The notes below the pieces were generated by a model. That model was not told the origin of the DNA, made no database searches, and saw only the letters and a program-made list of their open reading frames with translations. Shown here piece by piece: positions 7,839-17,068 of a DNA stretch of 24,000 nt. Made by a program: the position numbers and the translations under genes. Origin of the DNA: Serratia fonticola. Lineage in GTDB: Bacteria > Pseudomonadota > Gammaproteobacteria > Enterobacterales > Enterobacteriaceae. The stretch lies in NCBI GenBank assembly GCA_006715025.1, contig VFMK01000001.1, positions 685,006 to 709,005 of the forward strand, given 5' to 3'. How positions within the stretch are numbered: position 1 is the stretch's first letter; each line of letters opens with the position of its first letter.

Positions 7839-8903
7839 TTACAGAAAGGATTTAAACGGCAAATCTGGCTCAAGGGTAAAGCAGTCATCAAAGCCGCGTG
7901 GATAGTGATATTCAAAATTGTCTTTATCCAGCGGCCAGGTGAATTTGCCACCCACTTGCCAAATAAACGGCTTGAAGCCGTACTTCAGTCGGTCTTTTTT
8001 CATTTCCCACAGTACGCGGATTTCTTGCGGATCGGCCTGGAAATTTGACCAGATATCATGATGGAACGGGATCACGACTTTGGCATTCAGTGATTCCGCC
8101 ATGCGCAGAATGTCGGCGCTGGTCATTTTATCGGTAATACCGCGTGGATTTTCACCGTAGGAGCCGAGTGCCACGTCGATTTGATGATCGTTGCCGTGCT
8201 TGGCGTAGTAGTTGGAGTAGTGGGAATCACCGCTGTGGTAAAGCGTGCCTCCTGGCGTCTTGAACAGGTAATTGACCGCGCGTTGATCCATACCGTCTGG
8301 CAGCATGCCCGCCGCTTTTTGCTCAACGGGCAGGGTGATCAGGGCTGTGCGATCGAAGGCATCCAGCGCGTGAATTTCCACATCCTTGATTTTTATCACG
8401 TCACCGGGCTTCACCACGATACAGCGCTCACGGGGTACTCCCCAGCCCAGCCAGATATCCACACAGCTCTGTGGTCCGATGAAAGGAACCGAAGCCTCAC
8501 AGTTTTGTATCACCGCCGCTGCCACGTTGACGTCAATATGGTCATTGTGATCATGGGTGGCCAGTACGGCATCTATCTGTTTGATCGCGAAAGGATCGAG
8601 AACGAACGGCGTTGTGCGCAGATTGGGTTGCAGTTTTTTAACCCCGGCCATGCGTTGCATCTGATGGCCGGTTTTCATCAGCGGATTACCGTGACTCTGC
8701 TTGCCGGTGCCGCACCAGAAATCGACACACAGGTTGGCGTTTTCTTCTGATTTCAACCAGATCCCGGTACAGCCTAGCCACCACATGGCGAAGGTCCCCG
8801 GTGCGACCTGTTCCTGCTCGATCTCTTCATTTAACCAGGAACCCCATTCCGGGAAGGTATTCAGTATCCAGGATTCGCGTGTGATGCTGGTGACTTTACT
8901 CAT
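7839..8903 (-). CDS. ulaG: L-ascorbate-6-phosphate lactonase (metallo-beta-lactamase fold)
   Basis: 354 aa. [51 protein letters not shown] and the HDHNDH metal-binding motif are near-identical to recalled E. coli UlaG (354 aa). GAGGA lies 8 nt upstream of the ATG. Confidence 0.96.
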   Translation of the reverse strand: MSKVTSITRESWILNTFPEWGSWLNEEIEQEQVAPGTFAMWWLGCTGIWLKSEENANLCVDFWCGTGKQSHGNPLMKTGHQMQRMAGVKKLQPNLRTTPFVLDPFAIKQIDAVLATHDHNDHIDVNVAAAVIQNCEASVPFIGPQSCVDIWLGWGVPRERCIVVKPGDVIKIKDVEIHALDAFDRTALITLPVEQKAAGMLPDGMDQRAVNYLFKTPGGTLYHSGDSHYSNYYAKHGNDHQIDVALGSYGENPRGITDKMTSADILRMAESLNAKVVIPFHHDIWSNFQADPQEIRVLWEMKKDRLKYGFKPFIWQVGGKFTWPLDKDNFEYHYPRGFDDCFTLEPDLPFKSFL

Positions 8904-8940
8904 GATTCAGTCCTCGTAATCAGGAAGTTTGGCGTCATTT

Positions 8941-8980
8941 TAAATCACTAAGAATCATTTTGTGATTCATTGTGATTGCT
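8941..8980. promoter_or_regulatory. Candidate UlaR operator, ulaG-proximal: four 10-bp-phased heptamers
   Basis: aAATCACt aaGAATCAt ttTGTGATTcatTGTGATTgct. The TGTGATT copies sit at 8961 and 8971, and the inverted AATCA-type units at about 8942 and 8952, giving dyad symmetry about position 8960. It overlaps a possible ulaG -10 (TAAAAT on minus, 8937-8942). It matches 9184-9223 at 31/40 positions by hand alignment. Confidence 0.45.
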
Positions 8981-9137
8981 TTTGCTTGAATCTAACACCG
9001 TTTATTTCATCTGACAACCGATGCTCGGCAGTTTACGCGTTATGTCTGCCGACGGCGATCGTCGTCGGTATTCACTGAATCAAGGATTAACTTGTAATTA
9101 ATTCAATGGGTAATAGATATGTGAGAAAAGTAGCTTA

Positions 9138-9165
9138 TTGAATGTAGAGAAAATTTCCCTATAAC
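9138..9165 (+). promoter_or_regulatory. Candidate sigma70 promoter for ulaABCDEF
   Basis: TTGAAT (9138-9143), a 16-nt spacer, then TATAAC (9160-9165). This would place the 9184-9223 repeat just downstream of the start site. It is a sequence-only guess. Confidence 0.3.
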
Positions 9166-9183
9166 TTGCGAGGTTGCTCACAA

Positions 9184-9223
9184 ATAATCATTAATGATCT
9201 TTTTGTGATTGTCTGTGATTGCT
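9184..9223. promoter_or_regulatory. Candidate UlaR operator, ulaA-proximal
   Basis: ataATCAttaaTGATctttttTGTGATTgtcTGTGATTgct, with TGTGATT at 9204 and 9214 (10-bp phasing). It is preceded by the perfect 12-bp palindrome atcattaatgat (9187-9198). It is a direct repeat of 8941-8980. Confidence 0.45.
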
Positions 9224-9321
9224 ATGGTGAGTCTGTCCCTGCGTTACGGTGGCGCCCTGGCCAGATACCAGCCGCGCTGTCTGCGCGCTCAGGTATTGCC
9301 AAACGCTACTTGGAGAGCCGT

Positions 9322-10719
9322 ATGGAAACCCTCTACACCATATTCACCGTCTTTTTTAATCAGGTGATGACCAATGCGCCGCTGTTGCTGGGCCTGGTTA
9401 CGCTGCTGGGCTATCTGCTGTTACGCAAAAGCGCGGCGGTAATCATCAAAGGCACCATTAAAACCATTATTGGCTTCATGCTGCTGCAGGCGGGGTCCGG
9501 CATCCTGACCGGCACGTTTAAACCGGTTGTCGCCAAACTTTCTGAAGTTTATGGCATCAACGGCGCAATCTCCGATACCTATGCCTCGATGATGGCGACC
9601 ATCGAGCGGATGGGGGACGCTTATAGCTGGGTGGGGTATGCGGTGCTGCTGGCCCTGGCGCTCAATATTGTTTACGTACTGCTGCGGCGGCTTACCGGCA
9701 TTCGTACCATCATGCTGACGGGCCATATCATGTTCCAGCAGGTTGGGCTGATTGCCGTGTTCTTCTACATTTCGGGCTACGATATGTGGACGACCGTGCT
9801 CTGCAGCGCCCTCATTGCGTCTCTGTACTGGGGGATTACCTCCAACATGATGTTTAAACCGACTCAGTCGGTCACGGAGAACAGTGGTTTCTCCATTGGT
9901 CACCAGCAGCAGTTTGCTTCCTGGATTGCCTATAAGGTTGCTCCGTACCTGGGTAAAAAAGAGGACAGCGTGGAAGATCTCAAGCTGCCTGGTTGGCTGA
10001 ATATCTTCCACGACAACATCGTTTCTACTGCAATTGTGATGACGGTATTTTTCGGCATCATTCTCTGCTCATTCGGGCTCGACACCCTGCAACAGATGGC
10101 AGGAAAGACGCACTGGACGATTTACATTCTGCAAACTGGCCTGATGTTTGCCGTGGCAATCTTTATCATCGTACAGGGCGTGCGGATGTTCGTTGCCGAG
10201 CTTACCGAGGCATTTAACGGCATTTCTCAACGCCTGATCCCAGGGGCCGTGCTGGCCATCGACTGTGCCGCTATTTACAGCTTTGCTCCCAATGCGGTGG
10301 TGTGGGGCTTTATGTGGGGCACCATCGGCCAACTGATTGCCGTGGGTATTCTGCTGGCGGTCGGCTCCTCCATCATGATCATTCCCGGCTTCATTCCCAT
10401 GTTCTTCTCAAACGCCACCATCGGCGTGTTTGCCAACCATTTCGGCGGCTGGCGGGCGGCAATGAAAATCTGCCTGGTGATGGGAATGGTCGAAATCTTT
10501 GGCTGCGTGTGGGCTATCAAACTGACCGGGTTGAGTGCCTGGATGGGGATGGCGGACTGGTCCATTCTGGCACCGCCGCTGATGCAGGGCCTGAGCTTCG
10601 GGCTGTGGTTCATGGGCGTAGTGGTCATTATTGCGCTGCTGTACATGGTCTTCGCCGGGCGTGCGCTGCGTGCGGAAGAAGATGCGGAAAAACAACTCAC
10701 TGAATCGGCTTCTAATTAA
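9322..10719 (+). CDS. ulaA: PTS ascorbate-specific EIIC membrane component
   Basis: ORF 9166..10719 (TTG start) trimmed to the ATG at 9322, with GGAGAG at 9312-9317. [24 protein letters not shown]... for 465 aa is collinear with recalled E. coli UlaA ([24 protein letters not shown], 465 aa). It is polytopic and hydrophobic throughout. Confidence 0.95.
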   Translation: METLYTIFTVFFNQVMTNAPLLLGLVTLLGYLLLRKSAAVIIKGTIKTIIGFMLLQAGSGILTGTFKPVVAKLSEVYGINGAISDTYASMMATIERMGDAYSWVGYAVLLALALNIVYVLLRRLTGIRTIMLTGHIMFQQVGLIAVFFYISGYDMWTTVLCSALIASLYWGITSNMMFKPTQSVTENSGFSIGHQQQFASWIAYKVAPYLGKKEDSVEDLKLPGWLNIFHDNIVSTAIVMTVFFGIILCSFGLDTLQQMAGKTHWTIYILQTGLMFAVAIFIIVQGVRMFVAELTEAFNGISQRLIPGAVLAIDCAAIYSFAPNAVVWGFMWGTIGQLIAVGILLAVGSSIMIIPGFIPMFFSNATIGVFANHFGGWRAAMKICLVMGMVEIFGCVWAIKLTGLSAWMGMADWSILAPPLMQGLSFGLWFMGVVVIIALLYMVFAGRALRAEEDAEKQLTESASN

Positions 10720-10733
10720 CGGGAGAACACATC

Positions 10734-11039
10734 ATGACGGTACGAATTCTGGCGGTATGCGGTTGTGGGCAAGGCAGTTCCATGATCATGAAAATGAAAG
10801 TCGACCAATTCCTCACTCAGCAAGGCGTAGATCATACGGTGAACAGCTGTGCCGTGGGGGAATATAAATCCGAATTAAGCGGCGCTGACATCATCATCGC
10901 TTCTACCCATGTCGCGGATGAGATCACCGTCAGCGGTAACAAGTATGTGGTCGGGGTGCGCAATATGCTTTCCGCCGCGGATTTTGGCCCCAAGCTGATG
11001 AACGTGATCGAAGCTCATTTCCCTAAAGATATCAAGTGA
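10734..11039 (+). CDS. ulaB: PTS ascorbate-specific EIIB component
   Basis: 101 aa. [29 protein letters not shown]... contains the active-site Cys loop and is near-identical to recalled E. coli UlaB (101 aa). Confidence 0.95.
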   Translation: MTVRILAVCGCGQGSSMIMKMKVDQFLTQQGVDHTVNSCAVGEYKSELSGADIIIASTHVADEITVSGNKYVVGVRNMLSAADFGPKLMNVIEAHFPKDIK

Positions 11040-11048
11040 GGCAACAGA

Positions 11049-11522
11049 ATGAAGCTGAGTGATTCGTTGGCACATAACGATTCGATCCTGCTGCAAGCTG
11101 AAGCACAGGACTGGCAGCAGGCGGTGAAGATAGGGGTCGATCTGCTTGTGAAGGCGGGCGTGGTAGAGCCGCGTTATTTCAACGCCATATTGGCCGGCAT
11201 CGAGCAATTTGGCCCCTATTTTGTCTTGGCTCCGGGGCTGGCTATGCCCCATGGCAGGCCTGAGGAAGGAGTACTGAAAACCGGTTTCTCGCTGGTCACG
11301 CTGAAAACGCCGGTCTGCTTTGGCGATGAGGATAACGACCCGATCGACATTCTGATCACGATGGCAGCGGTTGATGCAAAAACGCACCAGGAAGTCGGCA
11401 TCATGCAAGTGGTGAATCTGTTTGAAGATGAAGCCAACTTCGATCGCCTGCGGGCCTGCCGTACGCCGCAGCAGGTATTGGCACTGATTAACCAAACGTC
11501 TGCCGCCGCGGCAGTCCATTAA
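11049..11522 (+). CDS. ulaC: PTS ascorbate-specific EIIA component
   Basis: 157 aa. MKL.DSLA...[21 protein letters not shown] (phosphorylatable His)...[37 protein letters not shown] matches recalled E. coli UlaC. Confidence 0.94.
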   Translation: MKLSDSLAHNDSILLQAEAQDWQQAVKIGVDLLVKAGVVEPRYFNAILAGIEQFGPYFVLAPGLAMPHGRPEEGVLKTGFSLVTLKTPVCFGDEDNDPIDILITMAAVDAKTHQEVGIMQVVNLFEDEANFDRLRACRTPQQVLALINQTSAAAAVH

Positions 11523-11536
11523 GGAGAGCAAACAAA

Positions 11537-12193
11537 ATGGCAAACACTTTACCGATGTTGCAGGTGGCGCTGGATAACCAGTCGATGGATGACGCTTACC
11601 GTACTACGCGTCTGATCGCCAACGAGGTCGATATTATCGAAGTTGGCACCATTCTTTGCGTGGCTGAAGGGGTGCGTGCGGTACGAGATCTGAAGGCATT
11701 ATACCCCGACCGTATCGTGCTGGCGGATGCCAAGATCGCCGACGCGGGTAATATCCTCTCGCGCATGTGCTTTGAAGCCAAAGCTGATTGGATCACCGTG
11801 ATCTGTTGTGCAGATATCAACACCACCAAAGGTGCTCTGGCCGTAGCGAAGGAGTTTGGCGGGGACGTGCAGATTGAATTGACCGGTTTCTGGACGTGGG
11901 AACAGGCGCAGCAGTGGCGTGACGCAGGAGTCCAGCAGGTGGTCTATCACCGTAGCCGTGACGCGCAGGCGGCAGGTGTCGCGTGGAGCGAGGCGGATAT
12001 CAGTGCCATCAAACGTCTTGCTAGCATGGGATTTAAAGTGACCGTGACCGGCGGGCTGGCGTTGGAGGATCTGCCGCTGTTCAAGGGGATCCCTATTCAC
12101 GTTTTCATCGCCGGCCGCAGCATTCGTGATGCCATCGATCCCGTCGCTGCTGCCCGCGAGTTTAAACGTGCAATCGCCCAACTGTGGGGCTGA
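11537..12193 (+). CDS. ulaD: 3-keto-L-gulonate-6-phosphate decarboxylase
   Basis: 218 aa. [33 protein letters not shown]...[10 protein letters not shown]...[13 protein letters not shown] matches recalled E. coli UlaD. Its position in the ula operon favours ulaD over the sgbH paralog. Confidence 0.93.
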   Translation: MANTLPMLQVALDNQSMDDAYRTTRLIANEVDIIEVGTILCVAEGVRAVRDLKALYPDRIVLADAKIADAGNILSRMCFEAKADWITVICCADINTTKGALAVAKEFGGDVQIELTGFWTWEQAQQWRDAGVQQVVYHRSRDAQAAGVAWSEADISAIKRLASMGFKVTVTGGLALEDLPLFKGIPIHVFIAGRSIRDAIDPVAAAREFKRAIAQLWG

Positions 12194-12202
12194 GGAGCGA
12201 CT

Positions 12203-13060
12203 ATGTTGCAACAAGCCGTTCCGTTGGGCATCTACGAAAAGGCGTTACCGGGAGGAGACAACTGGTTGGCGCGTTTGCAATTGGCACGAGAGCTGGGATT
12301 CGATTTTGTTGAAATGTCGATAGATGAAAGCGACAACCGCTTGTCGCGCCTGGACTGGAGCCGCGAACAGCGTTTGGCGTTGGTGAATGCCGTTGCCAGC
12401 AGCGGTGTGCGAGTGCCTTCTCTGTGTCTGAGCGCGCACCGGCGTTTCCCGCTGGGCAGTGAGGATGATGCGGTGCGTGAGCAGGGGCTGGGGATCATGC
12501 AAAAAGCCATCCGGCTGGCGCAGGATACCGGTATCCGGGTGATCCAACTGGCGGGTTATGATGTTTATTACCAGCAAGCCAATGATAATACCCGCGCAAG
12601 GTTTCGCGAGGGGTTGCAACAGGCGGTTGTAATGGCCAGCCGTGCGCAGGTCACGCTGGCAATGGAGATCATGGATTACCCGCTGATGAACTCCATCAGT
12701 AAGGCTTTAGGCTATGCCCATTACCTGAATAATCCCTGGTTTCAGCTTTATCCGGACATTGGCAACCTGTCGGCGTGGGATAACGACGTGCCCATGGAGT
12801 TAGCCGCTGGCCGTGGACATATTGTGGCGGTGCATGTGAAAGACACCAAGCCTGGCGTCTTCAAAGATGTGCCTTTCGGTGAAGGCGTTGTGGATTTTGA
12901 GCGTTGCTTTACCGCGTTGCAGCAAAGTGGTTATCGCGGCCCGTATCTGATCGAAATGTGGAGCGAAAAGGCCGCGGACCCGCTACAGGAAGTGAAAGCG
13001 GCCCGAGCCTGGGTGGTGAAGCGTATGGCTAACGCCGGGCTGGCAATAGGAGCAGAATGA
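12203..13060 (+). CDS. ulaE: L-ribulose-5-phosphate 3-epimerase (L-xylulose-5-P 3-epimerase)
   Basis: 285 aa. [10 protein letters not shown]...[30 protein letters not shown]...[47 protein letters not shown] matches recalled E. coli UlaE. Confidence 0.94.
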   Translation: MLQQAVPLGIYEKALPGGDNWLARLQLARELGFDFVEMSIDESDNRLSRLDWSREQRLALVNAVASSGVRVPSLCLSAHRRFPLGSEDDAVREQGLGIMQKAIRLAQDTGIRVIQLAGYDVYYQQANDNTRARFREGLQQAVVMASRAQVTLAMEIMDYPLMNSISKALGYAHYLNNPWFQLYPDIGNLSAWDNDVPMELAAGRGHIVAVHVKDTKPGVFKDVPFGEGVVDFERCFTALQQSGYRGPYLIEMWSEKAADPLQEVKAARAWVVKRMANAGLAIGAE

Positions 13061-13755
13061 TGCTGGAACAACTGAAGCAGCAGGTATACGAAGCCAATAT
13101 GGCCTTGCCTGCTCAGGGGTTGGTGACCTACACCTGGGGTAACGTCAGTGGAATAGATCGCGAACGTGGAGTGGTAGTGATCAAGCCGAGCGGAATTCCT
13201 TATGAACAGATGCAGGCCGCTGATATGGTGGTGGTAGATTTGGCTGGAAAGGTGCTGGAAGGCCGTTTTCGGCCCTCATCAGATACACCAACCCATCTGG
13301 TGTTGTATCGGCGTTATCCGCAACTGGGGGGGATCGTTCATACCCATTCCACACATGCCACCGCCTGGGCGCAAGCGGGCCGGGCTATCCCGGCGCTCGG
13401 TACTACCCATGCAGATTATTTTGCCGGTGATATTCCTTGCTCTCGAGGCCTGACAGAGCAAGAAGTGGCGCAGGATTATGAGTTAGAGACCGGGCATGTG
13501 ATTGTGGAAACGTTGGGTGAACATGATCCGATGCATACGCCAGGGATTGTGGTTTACCAGCATGGACCATTCAGTTGGGGGGCCTCGCCAGAGGAGGCGG
13601 TCCATAATGCGGTGGTGCTGGAAGAGGTCGCAAGAATGGCATGGATCAGCTGCAGCCTCAATCCAGCTCTGCGCCATATCGACGCTCATTTACTCGAAAA
13701 ACATTTCAGCCGCAAGCATGGGCCAAATGCCTACTACGGGCAGCGCGAGTCATGA
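13057..13755 (+). CDS. ulaF: L-ribulose-5-phosphate 4-epimerase
   Basis: 232 aa. The ATG overlaps the ulaE stop (ATGA at 13057-13060); a second ATG at 13060 is equally possible. [34 protein letters not shown]...[33 protein letters not shown] matches recalled E. coli UlaF. Confidence 0.93.
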   Translation: MMLEQLKQQVYEANMALPAQGLVTYTWGNVSGIDRERGVVVIKPSGIPYEQMQAADMVVVDLAGKVLEGRFRPSSDTPTHLVLYRRYPQLGGIVHTHSTHATAWAQAGRAIPALGTTHADYFAGDIPCSRGLTEQEVAQDYELETGHVIVETLGEHDPMHTPGIVVYQHGPFSWGASPEEAVHNAVVLEEVARMAWISCSLNPALRHIDAHLLEKHFSRKHGPNAYYGQRES

Positions 13756-13759
13756 TGCT

Positions 13760-13795
13760 CGCCCCTCACGCGGCCTGAGCGCGCGCGCGAGGGGG
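13760..13795. other. GC-rich imperfect hairpin between convergent ulaF and malT
   Basis: cccctc(a)cgcg ... cgcg-gagggg pairing (13762-13772 with 13785-13794). It is flanked by aaaaa on the plus strand only, so there is no canonical U-tract in either transcript direction. It shares gcccctcac with the REP-like element at 3152. Confidence 0.3.
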
Positions 13796-13803
13796 AAAAA
13801 GGC

Positions 13804-16518
13804 TTAAGCACCATAGCCCATCATTTTCAGCAGTTGCTGAGCTTGCTGCACGGCTTCTTGCCGATGGGCCACCCCCAGCTTCTGATACAGATTGCGGATA
13901 TGCGTTTTAATCGTGGTCGCTGCCACGGTTAACTCATTGGCAATCTGTTCGTTGCTGTAACCGGAATAAATCAGGCCCAGTACCTGCCATTCACGCTGCG
14001 TCAGCGGGCTGGTACGGATAAGCTCCGGCACCTGCGGATGGGTCAACAGTTTATCGACGAAATTCTCATCAAAATGGGCAAATTTGTGACGATGATGCTG
14101 GTTGATGTCACGCAGAATTCGCTGGGCACGGTGCTGCTCCAGCTCTGGTAACGTGTTGAGTTGGATCAACTGGCGCAACTGTTGCGCCATTGATTCCCCC
14201 TCGATAACAAAGTGGCTGATAAATCCGGTACGATTGGCCAGCGAGAGTGCCTCAATCAGCACCCGCTGCGCGTCGCTTTTACGGTCTGTCTGCCAATAAA
14301 GCTGATTACTGAGCAGCAGGTTACGGTTGAGATCGCTTACCAACCGCAGGCGACGGGCATTTTCGTTCAACTCGTCCAACACCACTTCGGCCTCTTCATA
14401 CTGACCTAGCAGGATTTGAACACGTGCAATATTGCGCCACTGGCCCTGTGTAAAGTGGTTGTTTGCCATTCCCGGCTTTTCGGTATGGCGAAGCCAATTG
14501 GCAGCTGCGAGGGTATCCCCAGTCATTTGCCAATGGATCACGCGTGGCTTATCGGCGTTGGTTATCCAGTCACGATGGTATTGCGAACCGTGCAGCAGCG
14601 CTTCGCAACGCTGTAAATGGGTATTGGCATTATCCAGATCGCCACGTGCCAAAGAGCATTTCGCTAACATTGCCAGGCATTGTAACTGCTGCTGCGGTTG
14701 ATAGTTGGCCAGGATCTTCAGCCCTTCGCGGGCCGCGTTTTCGGCTTCGTCCAACCTTGACCACGACCAGAGGATTTGTGAGCGGATACGCAGCAGGAAT
14801 TCGTGTAGCGGTAACTGCTCCAGATGCTGCTCACGCACCAGTTCGAAGGCTTTTTCCTGGGTTTCATAGGCGGCCTGCAGAAACCCTTGGGCAATCAGAA
14901 TTTCGCTCTGTTGCAGTAGGGCCCACAATGCATAATGATAGGCTTGGTGGCGGCGTGCCATCTGTTCTGTTTGCTGCATCATCGGCAGTGCACGCGCCAA
15001 CTCCCCTTTACAATGATGCACTTCGCCGATAACCGAGGTCGCTACGATGCGGCTGTAATAGCTGGAAAGCGGCAGGAATTTCAGCGCTTCACTTGCCAGC
15101 CGTTCGGCTTCCTCAGGTTTTCCTGCGTTGATCGCGACCTGGGCACGCAATGCGCCAAATTCGGCTTGCAGAGTTGGGTCAATGGCGATCTGTTGGTCGC
15201 GCATAGCCTGCTCGGCGCGTTCCAATTGGTTGTTCACTTCGCTATAGCGGTGCTGGCTTTGGGCCAACCAGGCTTGCAGTAGTGCCAGTTTGGGATTCTG
15301 GATCAATCGGTCATAGGGCAGCGCATTCAGGCACTCTTCCAGCAATGCCAACTCACTGTGGTGGAACAACGACCAGGCATGTTGCAGCAGGATATCGCGC
15401 AGCATGTTGACGTCGCTGGCTGCCAGCGCATGGTGAATAGCCTCTGCTGGATAACCGAGCGCTAACCAACCTTCTGCGGCTGCATAATGCAGGCCAGGCA
15501 GTTCCAGCGCCAGTTCCCACTGACAACGCTGACGCAGGAATGAGGCAAAAAGCGGATGGAAGCTGAACCACTCACCGGTATCATCCATACGGTGGATAAA
15601 CATGCCTTGCCGTTCAAGCTCTTCGAGGCGCTGTTGGCCATTATCCTCTCCGGTCAGGCGCACGATCAGCGCGTCATTCATTGAACGCAACACTGAGCAG
15701 CGCAGCAAGAATGCCCGCGCATCGGCATCGACACGATCCAGTACTTCATCCACCAGATAATCAGAAAGGTGGCTGGCATTCAGCCCGGCCAAACGCTTGG
15801 CGGATTGCTGGGGGGAAGATGTGGATTGACGAGAAGAGAGGGCAATCAGTTGCAGTGCAGTTGCCCAGCCTTCTACTTCGTCACACAGGCGACCGCTGTC
15901 ATGTTGTTCCAGCGGTGAGCTCAGGCGGCAGTCAAAGAACTGCTTGGCTTCCTGATGCGTAAACGCCAGTTGCTGGGTGTTTAATTCCAAGAGCTGATCG
16001 CGTACGCGGAGATTGGCTATCCCGAGAGGGGGGAGCGTCCGCGATAACAGAAGCAGCGTCAGATTTTCTGGCTGATGGCGCAGGAAAAAACGCATTGCTT
16101 CGTGGATCTGGTCATTGGTGATCAGATGATAGTCGTCGATCACCAGGTATAAGGGCTGATGCCAGTCGGAAAGTTCGATAAACAGTTGGGCAAACAGTGC
16201 CGAGAGGCTGGCGTACTGGTGTTTTTGGCTTAGTGCTTCGCTTTTTACACAGTGGCCACCGGTGGCCTGTTGCAGTGCGGCGATCAGGTAACTGACAAAG
16301 CGCTCTGGTTGGTTGTCACTCTCATCCAGAGAGTACCAGCCAAGATCGGACTTGCCGGAGGCCCATTGGGCAACCAGCGTCGTCTTACCGTATCCTGCCG
16401 GGCAATTGACCAATGTCAGACGATAGTTTGCTGCGCAGGCCAACTTCGCCAGCAGACGATCGCGTACCACGGTATTTTGCAGCCGTACCGGACGGCTCAA
16501 TTTTGATGGGATCAGCAT
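13804..16518 (-). CDS. malT: Maltose regulon transcriptional activator MalT (STAND ATPase with LuxR-type HTH)
   Basis: ORF 13804..16554 (TTG start) trimmed to the ATG at 16516-16518, giving [13 protein letters not shown]... as in E. coli MalT. It has Walker [10 protein letters not shown] and the C-terminal LuxR HTH ...[49 protein letters not shown]. Length is 904 aa, against 901 recalled for E. coli. Confidence 0.95.
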   Translation of the reverse strand: MLIPSKLSRPVRLQNTVVRDRLLAKLACAANYRLTLVNCPAGYGKTTLVAQWASGKSDLGWYSLDESDNQPERFVSYLIAALQQATGGHCVKSEALSQKHQYASLSALFAQLFIELSDWHQPLYLVIDDYHLITNDQIHEAMRFFLRHQPENLTLLLLSRTLPPLGIANLRVRDQLLELNTQQLAFTHQEAKQFFDCRLSSPLEQHDSGRLCDEVEGWATALQLIALSSRQSTSSPQQSAKRLAGLNASHLSDYLVDEVLDRVDADARAFLLRCSVLRSMNDALIVRLTGEDNGQQRLEELERQGMFIHRMDDTGEWFSFHPLFASFLRQRCQWELALELPGLHYAAAEGWLALGYPAEAIHHALAASDVNMLRDILLQHAWSLFHHSELALLEECLNALPYDRLIQNPKLALLQAWLAQSQHRYSEVNNQLERAEQAMRDQQIAIDPTLQAEFGALRAQVAINAGKPEEAERLASEALKFLPLSSYYSRIVATSVIGEVHHCKGELARALPMMQQTEQMARRHQAYHYALWALLQQSEILIAQGFLQAAYETQEKAFELVREQHLEQLPLHEFLLRIRSQILWSWSRLDEAENAAREGLKILANYQPQQQLQCLAMLAKCSLARGDLDNANTHLQRCEALLHGSQYHRDWITNADKPRVIHWQMTGDTLAAANWLRHTEKPGMANNHFTQGQWRNIARVQILLGQYEEAEVVLDELNENARRLRLVSDLNRNLLLSNQLYWQTDRKSDAQRVLIEALSLANRTGFISHFVIEGESMAQQLRQLIQLNTLPELEQHRAQRILRDINQHHRHKFAHFDENFVDKLLTHPQVPELIRTSPLTQREWQVLGLIYSGYSNEQIANELTVAATTIKTHIRNLYQKLGVAHRQEAVQQAQQLLKMMGYGA

Positions 16519-16609
16519 AATATTCCAGATGTAAAGTGCGGTTCCCGCCGCCAAAGGACTGCCCGAAGGAGTTCATTTTGCCGTGATTCTGTTTCGGTAT
16601 CGGGATGAG

Positions 16610-16636
16610 TTAATTATTTTGTAGCTCGTAATTAAT
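16610..16636 (-). promoter_or_regulatory. Mlc/NagC-type operator-like palindrome in the malT leader or promoter
   Basis: ttaatta-N12-taattaa has perfect 7-bp inverted arms. It is AT-rich and positioned near the expected malT start site, where Mlc binds in E. coli. The assignment is by position and shape only. Confidence 0.35.
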
Positions 16637-16702
16637 CCCCCTCATTAAGTTCGAACATCGTTAAACGTATTGCAACAAGCTTACGCTTTGGCGTGGAGTT
16701 AA

Positions 16703-16718
16703 ATTGCTGTTGATCACA
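16703..16718 (-). promoter_or_regulatory. CRP site of the malT promoter
   Basis: Minus strand reads TGTGAtcaacaGCAAT, with a perfect left half-site and a degenerate right half. This is the same asymmetry I recall for the E. coli malT CRP site (TGTGAcacagtGCAAA). It lies about 190 bp upstream of the malT ATG. Confidence 0.5.
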
Positions 16719-16964
16719 CTTTTTTACGTTTGCTCTGAGATTGGCAACGGCCAGTTATTCTGACGTCAGGTGATTTCCCATCGTGATGACAATGTTTTTA
16801 TACGCCTTGCAAAGCGTACAAAACTTCATCGATAGAAATAACTATGTTAACGTCATGGAATTGTATCCAGTAGTTGCCTCAGTGCTCACCGGCTATGCCG
16901 ATGAGCTTTTTTGCTTCATGGCAGAGGGTAAAAGTGTCCGGGATCACAGTTTCAGCTACGCCCC

Positions 16965-17030
16965 AATCCTCCTCCCCAGCTAATCCTCAGGCGGGATGAT
17001 GCCCTTACGCGTTCGCCCCGGCACGATAGT
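16965..17030 (+). promoter_or_regulatory. MalT-dependent malPQ promoter with MalT boxes
   Basis: The reverse complement of 16968-16977 is GGGGAGGAGG, a perfect match to the MalT box GGGGA(T/G)GAGG. There is a second AATCCTC unit at 16982-16988, 17 bp from the first at 16965-16971. A forward GGGATGA lies at 16993-16999, where a -35 would be. A possible -10 GATAGT lies at 17025-17030, and the malP ATG is at 17069. Confidence 0.6.
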
Positions 17031-17068
17031 GAAAAATTGGCCCATTTATTCGATAGAGAGTTTTTCCT

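Noticed and set aside
8181-8750. Long antisense ORFs inside well-supported genes: 8181..8750 (+) in ulaG, 9421..10011 (-) and 10275..10700 (-) in ulaA, 10875..11543 (-) across ulaB/ulaC, 11699..12214 (-) in ulaD, 14463..15032 (+) in malT, 18734..19270 (-) in malP, and 19274..19840 (-) across malP/malQ.
   Set aside because: Each lies entirely opposite a gene with strong, full-length similarity to a known protein. Their translations are low-complexity and Arg/Pro/His-rich with no recognisable motifs. They are typical shadow ORFs of GC-rich coding DNA.
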